64,000 nt of DNA from Chthoniobacteraceae bacterium (GTDB taxonomy: Bacteria > Verrucomicrobiota > Verrucomicrobiia > Chthoniobacterales > Chthoniobacteraceae), in the NCBI GenBank assembly GCA_031409335.1, contig JANNWY010000033.1, positions 1-64,000 on the forward strand. Reading direction: 5' to 3'. The notes beneath the pieces are model-generated. The model did no database searches, had not been told where the DNA came from, and was given only the letters and a program-made list of their open reading frames with translations. A program made the position numbers and the translations under genes. Each line of letters opens with the position of its first letter. Within the stretch, counting starts at the first letter, position 1. Shown here in pieces: positions 56,722 through 64,000 of this stretch.

Positions 56722-57780
56722 TCACACGCCGAGTCTTTCGCGCTGCCACGGCATCATGCGCGCGTAGGTTTCGTCGAAATTATTCGCGAGATTTTCCAGC
56801 ATGGATTTCGGAGCGATCAGCGACGGATCCAGTTTCAACTCGGCGGCCACGGTGTCGCGTTTCTTTTTCAGGGCGTGGAAGCGCGCCTCCTCATCGCGGC
56901 TCGAGCGCACGCGCGGCTTGCGGATGATCTGCGGCCATTCGCTCTCGGAAAGCGCCATCGCCTGCTCGGCGGCGAGAAAAAACCGCCGTCTCCTGCCGCC
57001 CTGCAAGTGAGAGAAATCGACCTCGGCACCCTGGTCGAAACGCGCCGCCGCCGTGACGAGTTGCTCGTTGTGCAGGATGTGAAAAGTCGGCTTGTCCACC
57101 CGCGCCGCCTCGTCGTCGCGCCACTGCCACAGCGCCCGCAGCAGCGCGGATGCACGCCCGCGCAGCTCGTTGCTCCCGGTGATCCGCCACGCTTGCTCGA
57201 GATCGCGTTCCTTGACGATCGCCGACGCGGCGATCGCTCGCTCGCAGGACTGCTCGAACCATTCCCACCGGTCGAGCCGCCGCAATTCCGCCTCGATAAT
57301 ATCCGCGATGCGATGCAGGTAGCGCGTGTCGTTCACCGCGTAATCCGCCATCTGCGGTGAAAGCGGCCGCCGCGCCCAGTTCGCTTTCTGCGACGCCTTG
57401 GTCACCTGCACGTCGAAGTATTTGTTGATGAGCGCGGCGAGGCTGAACTCAGGGATTCCACAAAGCCGCGCACCGATCATCGTATCGAACACTCGCGTCG
57501 GTCCCGCGTAGCCGACGCGCCGCATCAGCCGCAAATCGTAGTCCGCTCCGTGAAGGATTATTTCCTTGCCGTCGCACGCGTCGAAAAAAGGCTGAAGCGG
57601 GAAGCCGGCCAGTGGGTCGATCAGGCAGTCGTAGCCTGGGATGCTGACCTGAATCAGGCAGAGTTTTTCAAAATAGCAGTGCAGCGAATCGGCCTCGGTA
57701 TCGACCGCGATCCGCGCGTGCGGGACGAGATGCGGCAGCGCGCTCGACAGTCCTTCCGCAGTATCAAGAAATGGAGCCAT
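56722..57780 (-). CDS. rnd: Ribonuclease D-like 3'-5' exonuclease with HRDC domain
   Basis: AVDTEADSLHCY, HGADYD, NWARRPL..YAVND, WRDDEAARVDKP. Confidence 0.88.
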   Translation of the reverse strand: MAPFLDTAEGLSSALPHLVPHARIAVDTEADSLHCYFEKLCLIQVSIPGYDCLIDPLAGFPLQPFFDACDGKEIILHGADYDLRLMRRVGYAGPTRVFDTMIGARLCGIPEFSLAALINKYFDVQVTKASQKANWARRPLSPQMADYAVNDTRYLHRIADIIEAELRRLDRWEWFEQSCERAIAASAIVKERDLEQAWRITGSNELRGRASALLRALWQWRDDEAARVDKPTFHILHNEQLVTAAARFDQGAEVDFSHLQGGRRRRFFLAAEQAMALSESEWPQIIRKPRVRSSRDEEARFHALKKKRDTVAAELKLDPSLIAPKSMLENLANNFDETYARMMPWQRERLGV

Positions 57781-57842
57781 CTAGCGAACAGCGCGCGTGA
57801 TCGCGCGGGCGATGCAATGGGAAAAATGCGGGCGAAAATTCA

Positions 57843-59174
57843 TCAGCCGCGCAGGCCGGAGAGTAGCAACTCGGCATTGGATTTCGTGTTCTTCAAAGCG
57901 TGTATCAAGATCTCCGTGGCCTCGGCGGGAGGCAGTGCGGTGAGTTGTTTGCGGAGGACGTTCACCCGCTCGAATTCCTGCGGATGGTAAAGCAGATCGT
58001 CGCGCCGGGTGGCGGAGAGCAGGATATTGATTGCCGGATAAATCCGCTGGTCGCTGAGGTTGCGATCGAGCCGCAGCTCCATGTTCCCCTTCCCCTTGAA
58101 TTCCTCGAAAATCACGTCGTCCATGCGGCTGTTCGTTTCGACCAGGCAACTTGCGAGGATCGTCAGCGAACCGCCTTCTTCCGTATTGCGCGCGGCGCTG
58201 AAAAACTTGTTCGGCTTCACGAGCGCCTTGGTATCCACACCGCCGGACATGATGCGACCTTTGCTGGGTTGAAGGTTGTTGTAACCGCGCGAAAGCCGCG
58301 TGATGGAATCGAGCAGGATCACCACATGTTTGCGGCACTCGACCAGTCGCTTGGCGCGATCTGAAACGATCTCCGCGACTTGCACGTGACGCTGCGGATT
58401 CTCATCGAAAGTGGAGCTGTAAATCTCGCAGTTCTTCAGGGAGCGTTTGAAGTCGGTCACTTCCTCCGGTCGCTCATCGACCAGCAGCAAGATCACTTTT
58501 GTCTCCGGTGAATTCTGAATGATCGACTGGGCGATGTCCTTCAAGAGCACGGTCTTGCCCGTCCGCGGCGGCGCGACGATCAGGCCACGCTGCCCGCGTC
58601 CGAGCGGGGCGATCAAGTCGATCGCGCGACCGCTGATCGAATGGCTTTTCACATTCTCAAGGACGATGCGGTGATCCGGGAACAGCGCGGTGAGGTTGTC
58701 GAACGGCTTCGTCTCGCGCCACTCGCTGACCGGCACATCTTCGATCGTGAGGATCTCCTCGACCGCGACATACCGCTCGCGGTCGCGCGGCATCCGGATT
58801 CGCGCCGTGAGCCGATTTCCGTTCCGCAGGAAATGGTTGCGCTCAAAGTTCGGCGACAGGAAAACATCCTGCGGCAATGCGCGGAAATTGTATCGCGGCC
58901 AGCGCAGAAATCCCCCGCCCTGCGGCGTCATCTCCACGATGCCATCCGCAAACAACACACAGCCGCGGCTGGCATACACGCGGAGGATGTCGAACACCAA
59001 ATGGTGCCGCGATTTTTCGGCATTCCACCGCACGCCCACGCCGTCGGCGCGGTGCATCAATTCCTGAATGGTCTCGGCGTGAAGTTCCTCGATCCAAAGT
59101 TCCCGCGGCACAGCCACCGGCGCGGGCAGGACTGCGCCCGCTGTCGGAGTGGTCTCTTCAATTTCGTTATCCAT
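57843..59174 (-). CDS. rho: Transcription termination factor Rho
   Basis: PLGRGQRGLIVAPPRTGKT, LLVDERPEEVTD, LLDSITRL, SGGVD, IFEEFKGKGNMEL. Confidence 0.93.
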   Translation of the reverse strand: MDNEIEETTPTAGAVLPAPVAVPRELWIEELHAETIQELMHRADGVGVRWNAEKSRHHLVFDILRVYASRGCVLFADGIVEMTPQGGGFLRWPRYNFRALPQDVFLSPNFERNHFLRNGNRLTARIRMPRDRERYVAVEEILTIEDVPVSEWRETKPFDNLTALFPDHRIVLENVKSHSISGRAIDLIAPLGRGQRGLIVAPPRTGKTVLLKDIAQSIIQNSPETKVILLLVDERPEEVTDFKRSLKNCEIYSSTFDENPQRHVQVAEIVSDRAKRLVECRKHVVILLDSITRLSRGYNNLQPSKGRIMSGGVDTKALVKPNKFFSAARNTEEGGSLTILASCLVETNSRMDDVIFEEFKGKGNMELRLDRNLSDQRIYPAINILLSATRRDDLLYHPQEFERVNVLRKQLTALPPAEATEILIHALKNTKSNAELLLSGLRG

Positions 59175-59769
59175 ATCTATGTCGGAGCCAGATGGCTAAA
59201 AGTGCGGCCTGCCGTTCAAGGGTGGCCTGGGTGGAATCGTTCCAAATCAAATGAGTTGCGCGGGATGTTTTTTCCCGAAGATCAAGCTGCGCCGCCACCA
59301 TGCGGACGGCAATATCATAGCCTAATCCGCGAGCCATGCGCAGGCGCTGGCTTTGTGTCGGCGGAGAGCAGGCGACAACGATCACGCGGTCGAAATGCTC
59401 CTCAACCCCCGTTTCATACAGCAGTGGAATGTCGAAGCAAAGCCAGTTTTTGCGGGATTTTGCGGTGGCGGCGAGAGGAATCCAGCGTTCATGAATCCGC
59501 GGATGCAAAATTGCCTCAAGTGCTTCACGAGCTTGATCATCGTTAAAAACAAGTTTCCTCAGCGCAGCGCGATCTGGCTTTCCATCTTCATGGAAAACAT
59601 CCGGCCCAAACCGCGCCCGCACTGCATCCTGAACCGACCGGTCGCCCGCGAGTAACTCGTGAGCACACTGGTCGGCATCAAAAACGTCGGCCGACAACTC
59701 GTGGACCAATATGCGCGTGAACGTGGATTTCCCCGTGGCTATGCCGCCGGTGATACCGATCGCGGGCAC
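59167..59769 (-). CDS. coaE: Dephospho-CoA kinase
   Basis: IGITGGIATGKST, FDAD, DRAALRKLVF, LEAILHP, DIPLLYE. Confidence 0.95.
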   Translation of the reverse strand: MPAIGITGGIATGKSTFTRILVHELSADVFDADQCAHELLAGDRSVQDAVRARFGPDVFHEDGKPDRAALRKLVFNDDQAREALEAILHPRIHERWIPLAATAKSRKNWLCFDIPLLYETGVEEHFDRVIVVACSPPTQSQRLRMARGLGYDIAVRMVAAQLDLREKTSRATHLIWNDSTQATLERQAALLAIWLRHRYG

Positions 59770-59775
59770 GCCCGG

Positions 59776-62397
59776 CTATTTCGACATCAGCGGAAGATCA
59801 AGCGGTGCCTGGGCCTCCGAGAGCGGAAGGGTTTCCACGATCTCCTCGGCCTCTTCATCCAACCGAACGGGCTCACCGGCTGGATTGATGAGACGGGCTG
59901 AGACGAAGATCACGAGATGCCGCTTCAAATGCTGGTCCACATTTGAACGAAAGAGTCGCCCGATCAACGGGATGTCACCCAGCAACGGAGTCTTGTCTTC
60001 GATCTTCTGCACGTCTTCACGAATCAAACCGCCAATCAGGACGGTCTGCCCGTCGAAGATGCTGACTGCCGTGGTGACCTTGCGCGTGCTGAAGATTGGT
60101 TGATTGATGACATTGGGCGTAATGACATTGGTCGTCGTGATGCCCAGCGCGTTCGTCGATGTCGTCTGAATCGGGCTGCCGTAATTGATGAATCCCTCAA
60201 ACTCGACGACTTGAGGAACCAGATTGAGTTCGATCGTGTAGCTGTCTGGTCCCACGACCGGCTCAACTTCCAATGTGACACCGGTATTGCGCGTCTCGAA
60301 GGTAGTCGGCGTCGTCGGGGTCACGGGGAATGAACCTTGGGAGTTTCCGCCTAACAGACCGCCCGTGCCGAGCGATGACGAGAAATTCCCTCCGACGTTT
60401 TGAGGAATCTGTGGTGGATCGAATTCAACGGGATAGCGGAATTCACGGATGATCTCGATGATCGCCTTAACACCGCTTTTCGTCGTCACCTTCGGTGCGG
60501 ACAAAAGATCCACGCCCTTCTTTTGGTTCAGTGCGCGGATGACGACTTGAAAACTTGGATCCGTCAAGATCCCCGCGACTCCCGCGATTGCAGGCGCGAG
60601 TGCGGACGCTCCAGCGGTCCCAAACAGCAGGGAGTCGATCGCATTCGCGCTGATCGCGACGCCACCGCTGCGATTGCCTCCGGTCACAGGAAAGGTGGTG
60701 GCGCTCCCGTTATTGATCGGAAACGGAAAGTTGGCTTGATCGGCCTTCGGTGTGTTTCCTGACGTTCCACCACCGAAGAAGACACCGTCCTTCGATGTGA
60801 TGTTGGCCTGCCCGAGCAGCCAGTCAAAACTGAGCTCCTTCTGGTTATTCTGCGTGATCTCAACGAACTTGGCTTCGATCTCCACTTGGGCGGCAACCGT
60901 GTCCCCGGCTTCGATCAACGTCTGAATCAAATCCAAGTTCTCCTGAGTATTCCGGACCACGAGACGGCTACTGGTCGGGAGAAAGGTCGCGGTGGCGTTA
61001 GCCGGGAAAGCGACGCCCGACGCGATCAGGAACTCCTTGGCATCCATCCGGCCAGCGATTCCGGCTCCGCCTCTGGTCGCATCCGCAGGAGTGGTCGGAG
61101 CGAGCCCGCCACCTGCGGCGTCGCCACCTCCGGAAGCAACGCGGGAAATGAATCCAGGGCGCACTTTGAATTCCTTGGTAACCAACACCGTAATATCCAC
61201 TCCTTGAGGAACGATGGAGACCGCAAACGGCTCCACCTTGAACTTTAGGTTCGCGAGACTCGTGACATACTTGAGTGCCTCGATCAAAGGGATATTCGTC
61301 AATGAGACGGTGATGCGCTGTCCGGCGAAACCTCCGCCGCCGCCGCCTCCTGCGGGAGCCGCAGCACCAGGCGCTTCAGGCAGACCGGGGATTCCAGCCG
61401 GCGCGGCCGGAGCTTCCGCAGGCGGCGCAAAGCCAGCTCCTCCACTGCTATCTTCCTTGAGAACGATGTTAACGCCCCGCTTGGTCGGATCGGTTTCCAA
61501 CACGTCCAGCTCGATACTTTTCTTCTTCATGAAGTCAATCGCCTCACGAATCGTGGAGTCCTTCAAATCAAGTTTTGGGAAGACAATCCGGGCCAGCTTC
61601 GCGTTGATCTTTGCCGTGCCAGAACTATCGCCGGCATTGTCGATCTTATCAGTGACTCCGAGTTGGTTGAATTTTCGGACGGGATTCGCCCACGCGTGAT
61701 CCGTCTGCCAGATGGCGCGGGAGCGCGCTTCATCATTGGAAGCCAGAGCGAAGTTATCCTTCTGGAAGTTAATCTTCTCCTGCATCTTGCGCGCCGCGAT
61801 GTTGTACTTGTCAAAATTCAAGATCTGCTCGGTGCGTTTGAAGGCCATATCATAACGCGCACTATCGTAAAAACCCTGCGCCTCAATGTGCAGCTTCTTG
61901 ACCTCCTCGACGGTGCCGCGGAATTTTGGGCCGATCGTCCGGTTGTAATAGCCAGGCGTCTCCAAGCGCCGCAACAAGACCGCCGCGGCTTTGTAGCGGG
62001 AATTGTATCTTTCCTCCAGCACTGTCTGGCAGAGCGCTTCGGCGTCGGCATAGCGGCCTTCCGTGATTCGCTGTTCGGCAAGTTTGATGCTCGCATTGCA
62101 GAAGCCATCCAGCGCCTTGCCGTAGAGAATCTTGCTGTTGGGCGAATTCGGGACAACGTCCGCCGCCAGTTTGTATTGCTGAACCGCGGTCTCGTAGTCC
62201 TTGTCCCGGTAAGCACGCTGACCCGTCTCGATCGCCGATTCCCCGCGGACCATGTAATCGCTGCGACGCGCCAGCTCACGGGCGGCCGCCGATTCGGCAG
62301 AAGCGGCAAACGCCTGTTGCGGGATCGCCATTGTCGGGACCAAAACCGAAATGCTCAGGAGGGATGCGATGGTCTTTGCGAGTGGGGGCATTGTCAT
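59776..62397 (-). CDS. Amuc_1098-family outer-membrane secretin (PilQ/GspD-like)
   Basis: TPR-like N-terminus; QVEIEAKFVE, DLLSAPKVTT, RNTGVTLEVEP, DKTPLLGDIPLIGRLFRS. Confidence 0.9.
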   Translation of the reverse strand: MTMPPLAKTIASLLSISVLVPTMAIPQQAFAASAESAAARELARRSDYMVRGESAIETGQRAYRDKDYETAVQQYKLAADVVPNSPNSKILYGKALDGFCNASIKLAEQRITEGRYADAEALCQTVLEERYNSRYKAAAVLLRRLETPGYYNRTIGPKFRGTVEEVKKLHIEAQGFYDSARYDMAFKRTEQILNFDKYNIAARKMQEKINFQKDNFALASNDEARSRAIWQTDHAWANPVRKFNQLGVTDKIDNAGDSSGTAKINAKLARIVFPKLDLKDSTIREAIDFMKKKSIELDVLETDPTKRGVNIVLKEDSSGGAGFAPPAEAPAAPAGIPGLPEAPGAAAPAGGGGGGGFAGQRITVSLTNIPLIEALKYVTSLANLKFKVEPFAVSIVPQGVDITVLVTKEFKVRPGFISRVASGGGDAAGGGLAPTTPADATRGGAGIAGRMDAKEFLIASGVAFPANATATFLPTSSRLVVRNTQENLDLIQTLIEAGDTVAAQVEIEAKFVEITQNNQKELSFDWLLGQANITSKDGVFFGGGTSGNTPKADQANFPFPINNGSATTFPVTGGNRSGGVAISANAIDSLLFGTAGASALAPAIAGVAGILTDPSFQVVIRALNQKKGVDLLSAPKVTTKSGVKAIIEIIREFRYPVEFDPPQIPQNVGGNFSSSLGTGGLLGGNSQGSFPVTPTTPTTFETRNTGVTLEVEPVVGPDSYTIELNLVPQVVEFEGFINYGSPIQTTSTNALGITTTNVITPNVINQPIFSTRKVTTAVSIFDGQTVLIGGLIREDVQKIEDKTPLLGDIPLIGRLFRSNVDQHLKRHLVIFVSARLINPAGEPVRLDEEAEEIVETLPLSEAQAPLDLPLMSK

Positions 62398-62487
62398 GGT
62401 TGTGAATCGGTTGGGCTGGTTAGGAATTGGTTGGGTTGGAAAGCGCGTGCGGATGACGAAAGTTGGACGTGAACAAGTGGCGGCAAA

Positions 62488-63519
62488 TCACTGTGATTTC
62501 TTCTGCAACTCCAATGCCCTTTTAAGCAACGGAACATTGTAGGTCTTCTCCCCGCCGGGAAGTTGTATTACGGCTCCGTCGTCTTTGATGTCAACGAGTT
62601 TGTAGAGCTGTTGGACCTCGGGCTTGAGGGCAAATTGGCCGAGGCGTTTGGGCTCGATTTTTTCCGGTTTGGAATTGTCGGGCCAAAAGTAACGAAAACT
62701 AGCGTAGGAATCCGGCGAGTCGGTCTTCTTCCCCAATACCAGCACTACGACTTCGCCTGATTCGGTATTTCGGATGGAAAGTTCGGAAACATCCTCGTCC
62801 ACCTCGTTCACCTTTTGTTTTTTCTCTTCGAATTTCTCCAATTTGAATTTTGAATTCTTCACCATCTGCCCAAGTTCGAGAAACTCGGTAGTAACTGCCC
62901 GGGAAATCGCGTTGATCGCAAAAGTCATTCCTTTCGGATTCTTCGGATCACCGTCGTGGGATTGAAAAGTCACCAGGAAGGGAATCTTGATCCAGCGTTC
63001 CAGGAAAAGTTTTGTGTAGTACGGTGAGTGCGAAGCTTTGTCCTTCGGATCGGTGGAATCTTCGCCGGTCTCCGCCAGATCGGGACCGATGTACTCTTCA
63101 TAGTTCGTGAAGCCGTCTTTGTCGGGATCTTCGTCGAGAACTGCGGGCGAGAGATTGTCGAGCCCATGTAGAATCAGCCACGCTTTCGGAATTTTTCTGA
63201 GACCGCTAACCAAATCCCCCACGTCGGCTTTCTTCAGCGCACCAGCCTCATCCACGATCAGATTGAGACTGACAAAAAGAGAACCCGCCTTGTCCTTTTG
63301 CGCCCATTGAGTTGGCTGTGCAAACCGCTTTTGCGCTGATTCTATCGGTGCCATTTCCAATGGCGGAACTTCCTTGGAATGAGGCGGCGTAGTCATCGCC
63401 GTGGAGAACCCTTCCGCGAAACTTTGAGTGCGAAGGACAATCAACACGCTCAGGGCCACGAGAATGAACGCGAGTAACCCAAGGGCGAATTGATCGGTAT
63501 GTTTTTTGATCCAGTCCAT
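62488..63519 (-). CDS. Amuc_1099-family pilus-system protein
   Basis: MDWIKKHTDQ plus TM, WLILHGL..DPDKDGFTNYEEY..TDPKDKASHSPY; position directly upstream of the secretin. Confidence 0.78.
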   Translation of the reverse strand: MDWIKKHTDQFALGLLAFILVALSVLIVLRTQSFAEGFSTAMTTPPHSKEVPPLEMAPIESAQKRFAQPTQWAQKDKAGSLFVSLNLIVDEAGALKKADVGDLVSGLRKIPKAWLILHGLDNLSPAVLDEDPDKDGFTNYEEYIGPDLAETGEDSTDPKDKASHSPYYTKLFLERWIKIPFLVTFQSHDGDPKNPKGMTFAINAISRAVTTEFLELGQMVKNSKFKLEKFEEKKQKVNEVDEDVSELSIRNTESGEVVVLVLGKKTDSPDSYASFRYFWPDNSKPEKIEPKRLGQFALKPEVQQLYKLVDIKDDGAVIQLPGGEKTYNVPLLKRALELQKKSQ

Positions 63520-63522
63520 AGG

Positions 63523-64000
63523 CTATTTGGCAGCGACTTCGGCGAAATCAACGATCTCCAAAACTAACGAGACACTCACTTTCTCACCACCGAAAATCAA
63601 CGGAACTTTTCCACCGCCTGGCTTATTTGGATCGTCCGCAGGCACCGGCGCTCCTGGCGCTCCTGGCGCGCCAGGCTGGACTCGCGGCGGCGCATCGACT
63701 TTTTCGTTCTTAACGATCACGAGCCTCGGCACGAAGAATTGCGACTTCTCCGCGGCTATGCCGTTGAGGAAAGTGCGGAAACGCGATTGTTCGGCAGTGA
63801 AGTCGATGTTGACGCCGTTGTAAGCGACGAGGCTCTTGGAGGACTTCTCAGCCTTCGCCGGCAAGGCTCCCGCTTTCGGAGGCACATCTTTCTCTTTCTT
63901 GTTTTTGCCTTCTTCCTCGGGCAATGCATGGCGGTCAAATTTGGTAATGGCGAGGATTCCATCGTCGATCATCTTCGTGAGCACGAATTCCAATGCTTTC
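63523..64000 (-). CDS. Amuc_1100-family (PilO-like) protein, 5' end outside window
   Basis: Frame open to window edge; F.AEQSRFRTFLNGI..FFVPRLVIVKNE..FGGEKVSVSLVLEIVDF; synteny. Confidence 0.75.
   Translation of the reverse strand, partial: KALEFVLTKMIDDGILAITKFDRHALPEEEGKNKKEKDVPPKAGALPAKAEKSSKSLVAYNGVNIDFTAEQSRFRTFLNGIAAEKSQFFVPRLVIVKNEKVDAPPRVQPGAPGAPGAPVPADDPNKPGGGKVPLIFGGEKVSVSLVLEIVDFAEVAAK

Overview
GC-rich bacterial DNA, very probably Verrucomicrobia (Chthoniobacter-like): it has PEP-CTERM proteins and an Amuc_1098-1100-type pilus cluster. All family assignments come from motif recognition, not database searches. From left to right: (1) 1-5.3 kb, the tail of a probable defence island (DNA methyltransferase C-terminus, AAA ATPase, RelE-like/UvrD helicase fusion, RNase H-fold nuclease-like protein). 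(2) A lone sdhB and a 2233-aa secreted metzincin/Calx-beta protein. (3) 13.2-18.6 kb, a mosaic in which a split REP-associated transposase encloses gene fragments delimited by GAAAGGGGTC...GACCCCTTTC elements: two orphan copies of the giant gene's 3' end, an IS256 with an 8-bp target duplication, an RHS fragment and an AT-rich lipoprotein. (4) moaE/moaD, a HAD hydrolase and a deoxyhypusine-synthase-like gene. (5) 21.8-47.4 kb, the main finding: an FhaC/ShlB transporter, DUF2341-LamG-ExbB, two ExbD, TonB, a putative porin, a coiled-coil protein, a 4003-aa haemagglutinin-like protein and a Sel1 protein. Facing them is an operon with a PEP-CTERM protein and a PstS/DING-like phosphate-binding protein, next to an orphan PhoB-like regulator. 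Five upstream regions carry 11-bp-periodic Pho-box-like arrays, suggesting a self-contained phosphate-starvation secretion/scavenging system. (6) A frameshifted GAP1-N2 operon. (7) A candidate leader-peptide attenuator before a small ORF and an EamA transporter. (8) Housekeeping genes (hydrolase, RNase D-like, rho, coaE) and the pilus secretin cluster. No rRNA, tRNA or CRISPR array was seen.
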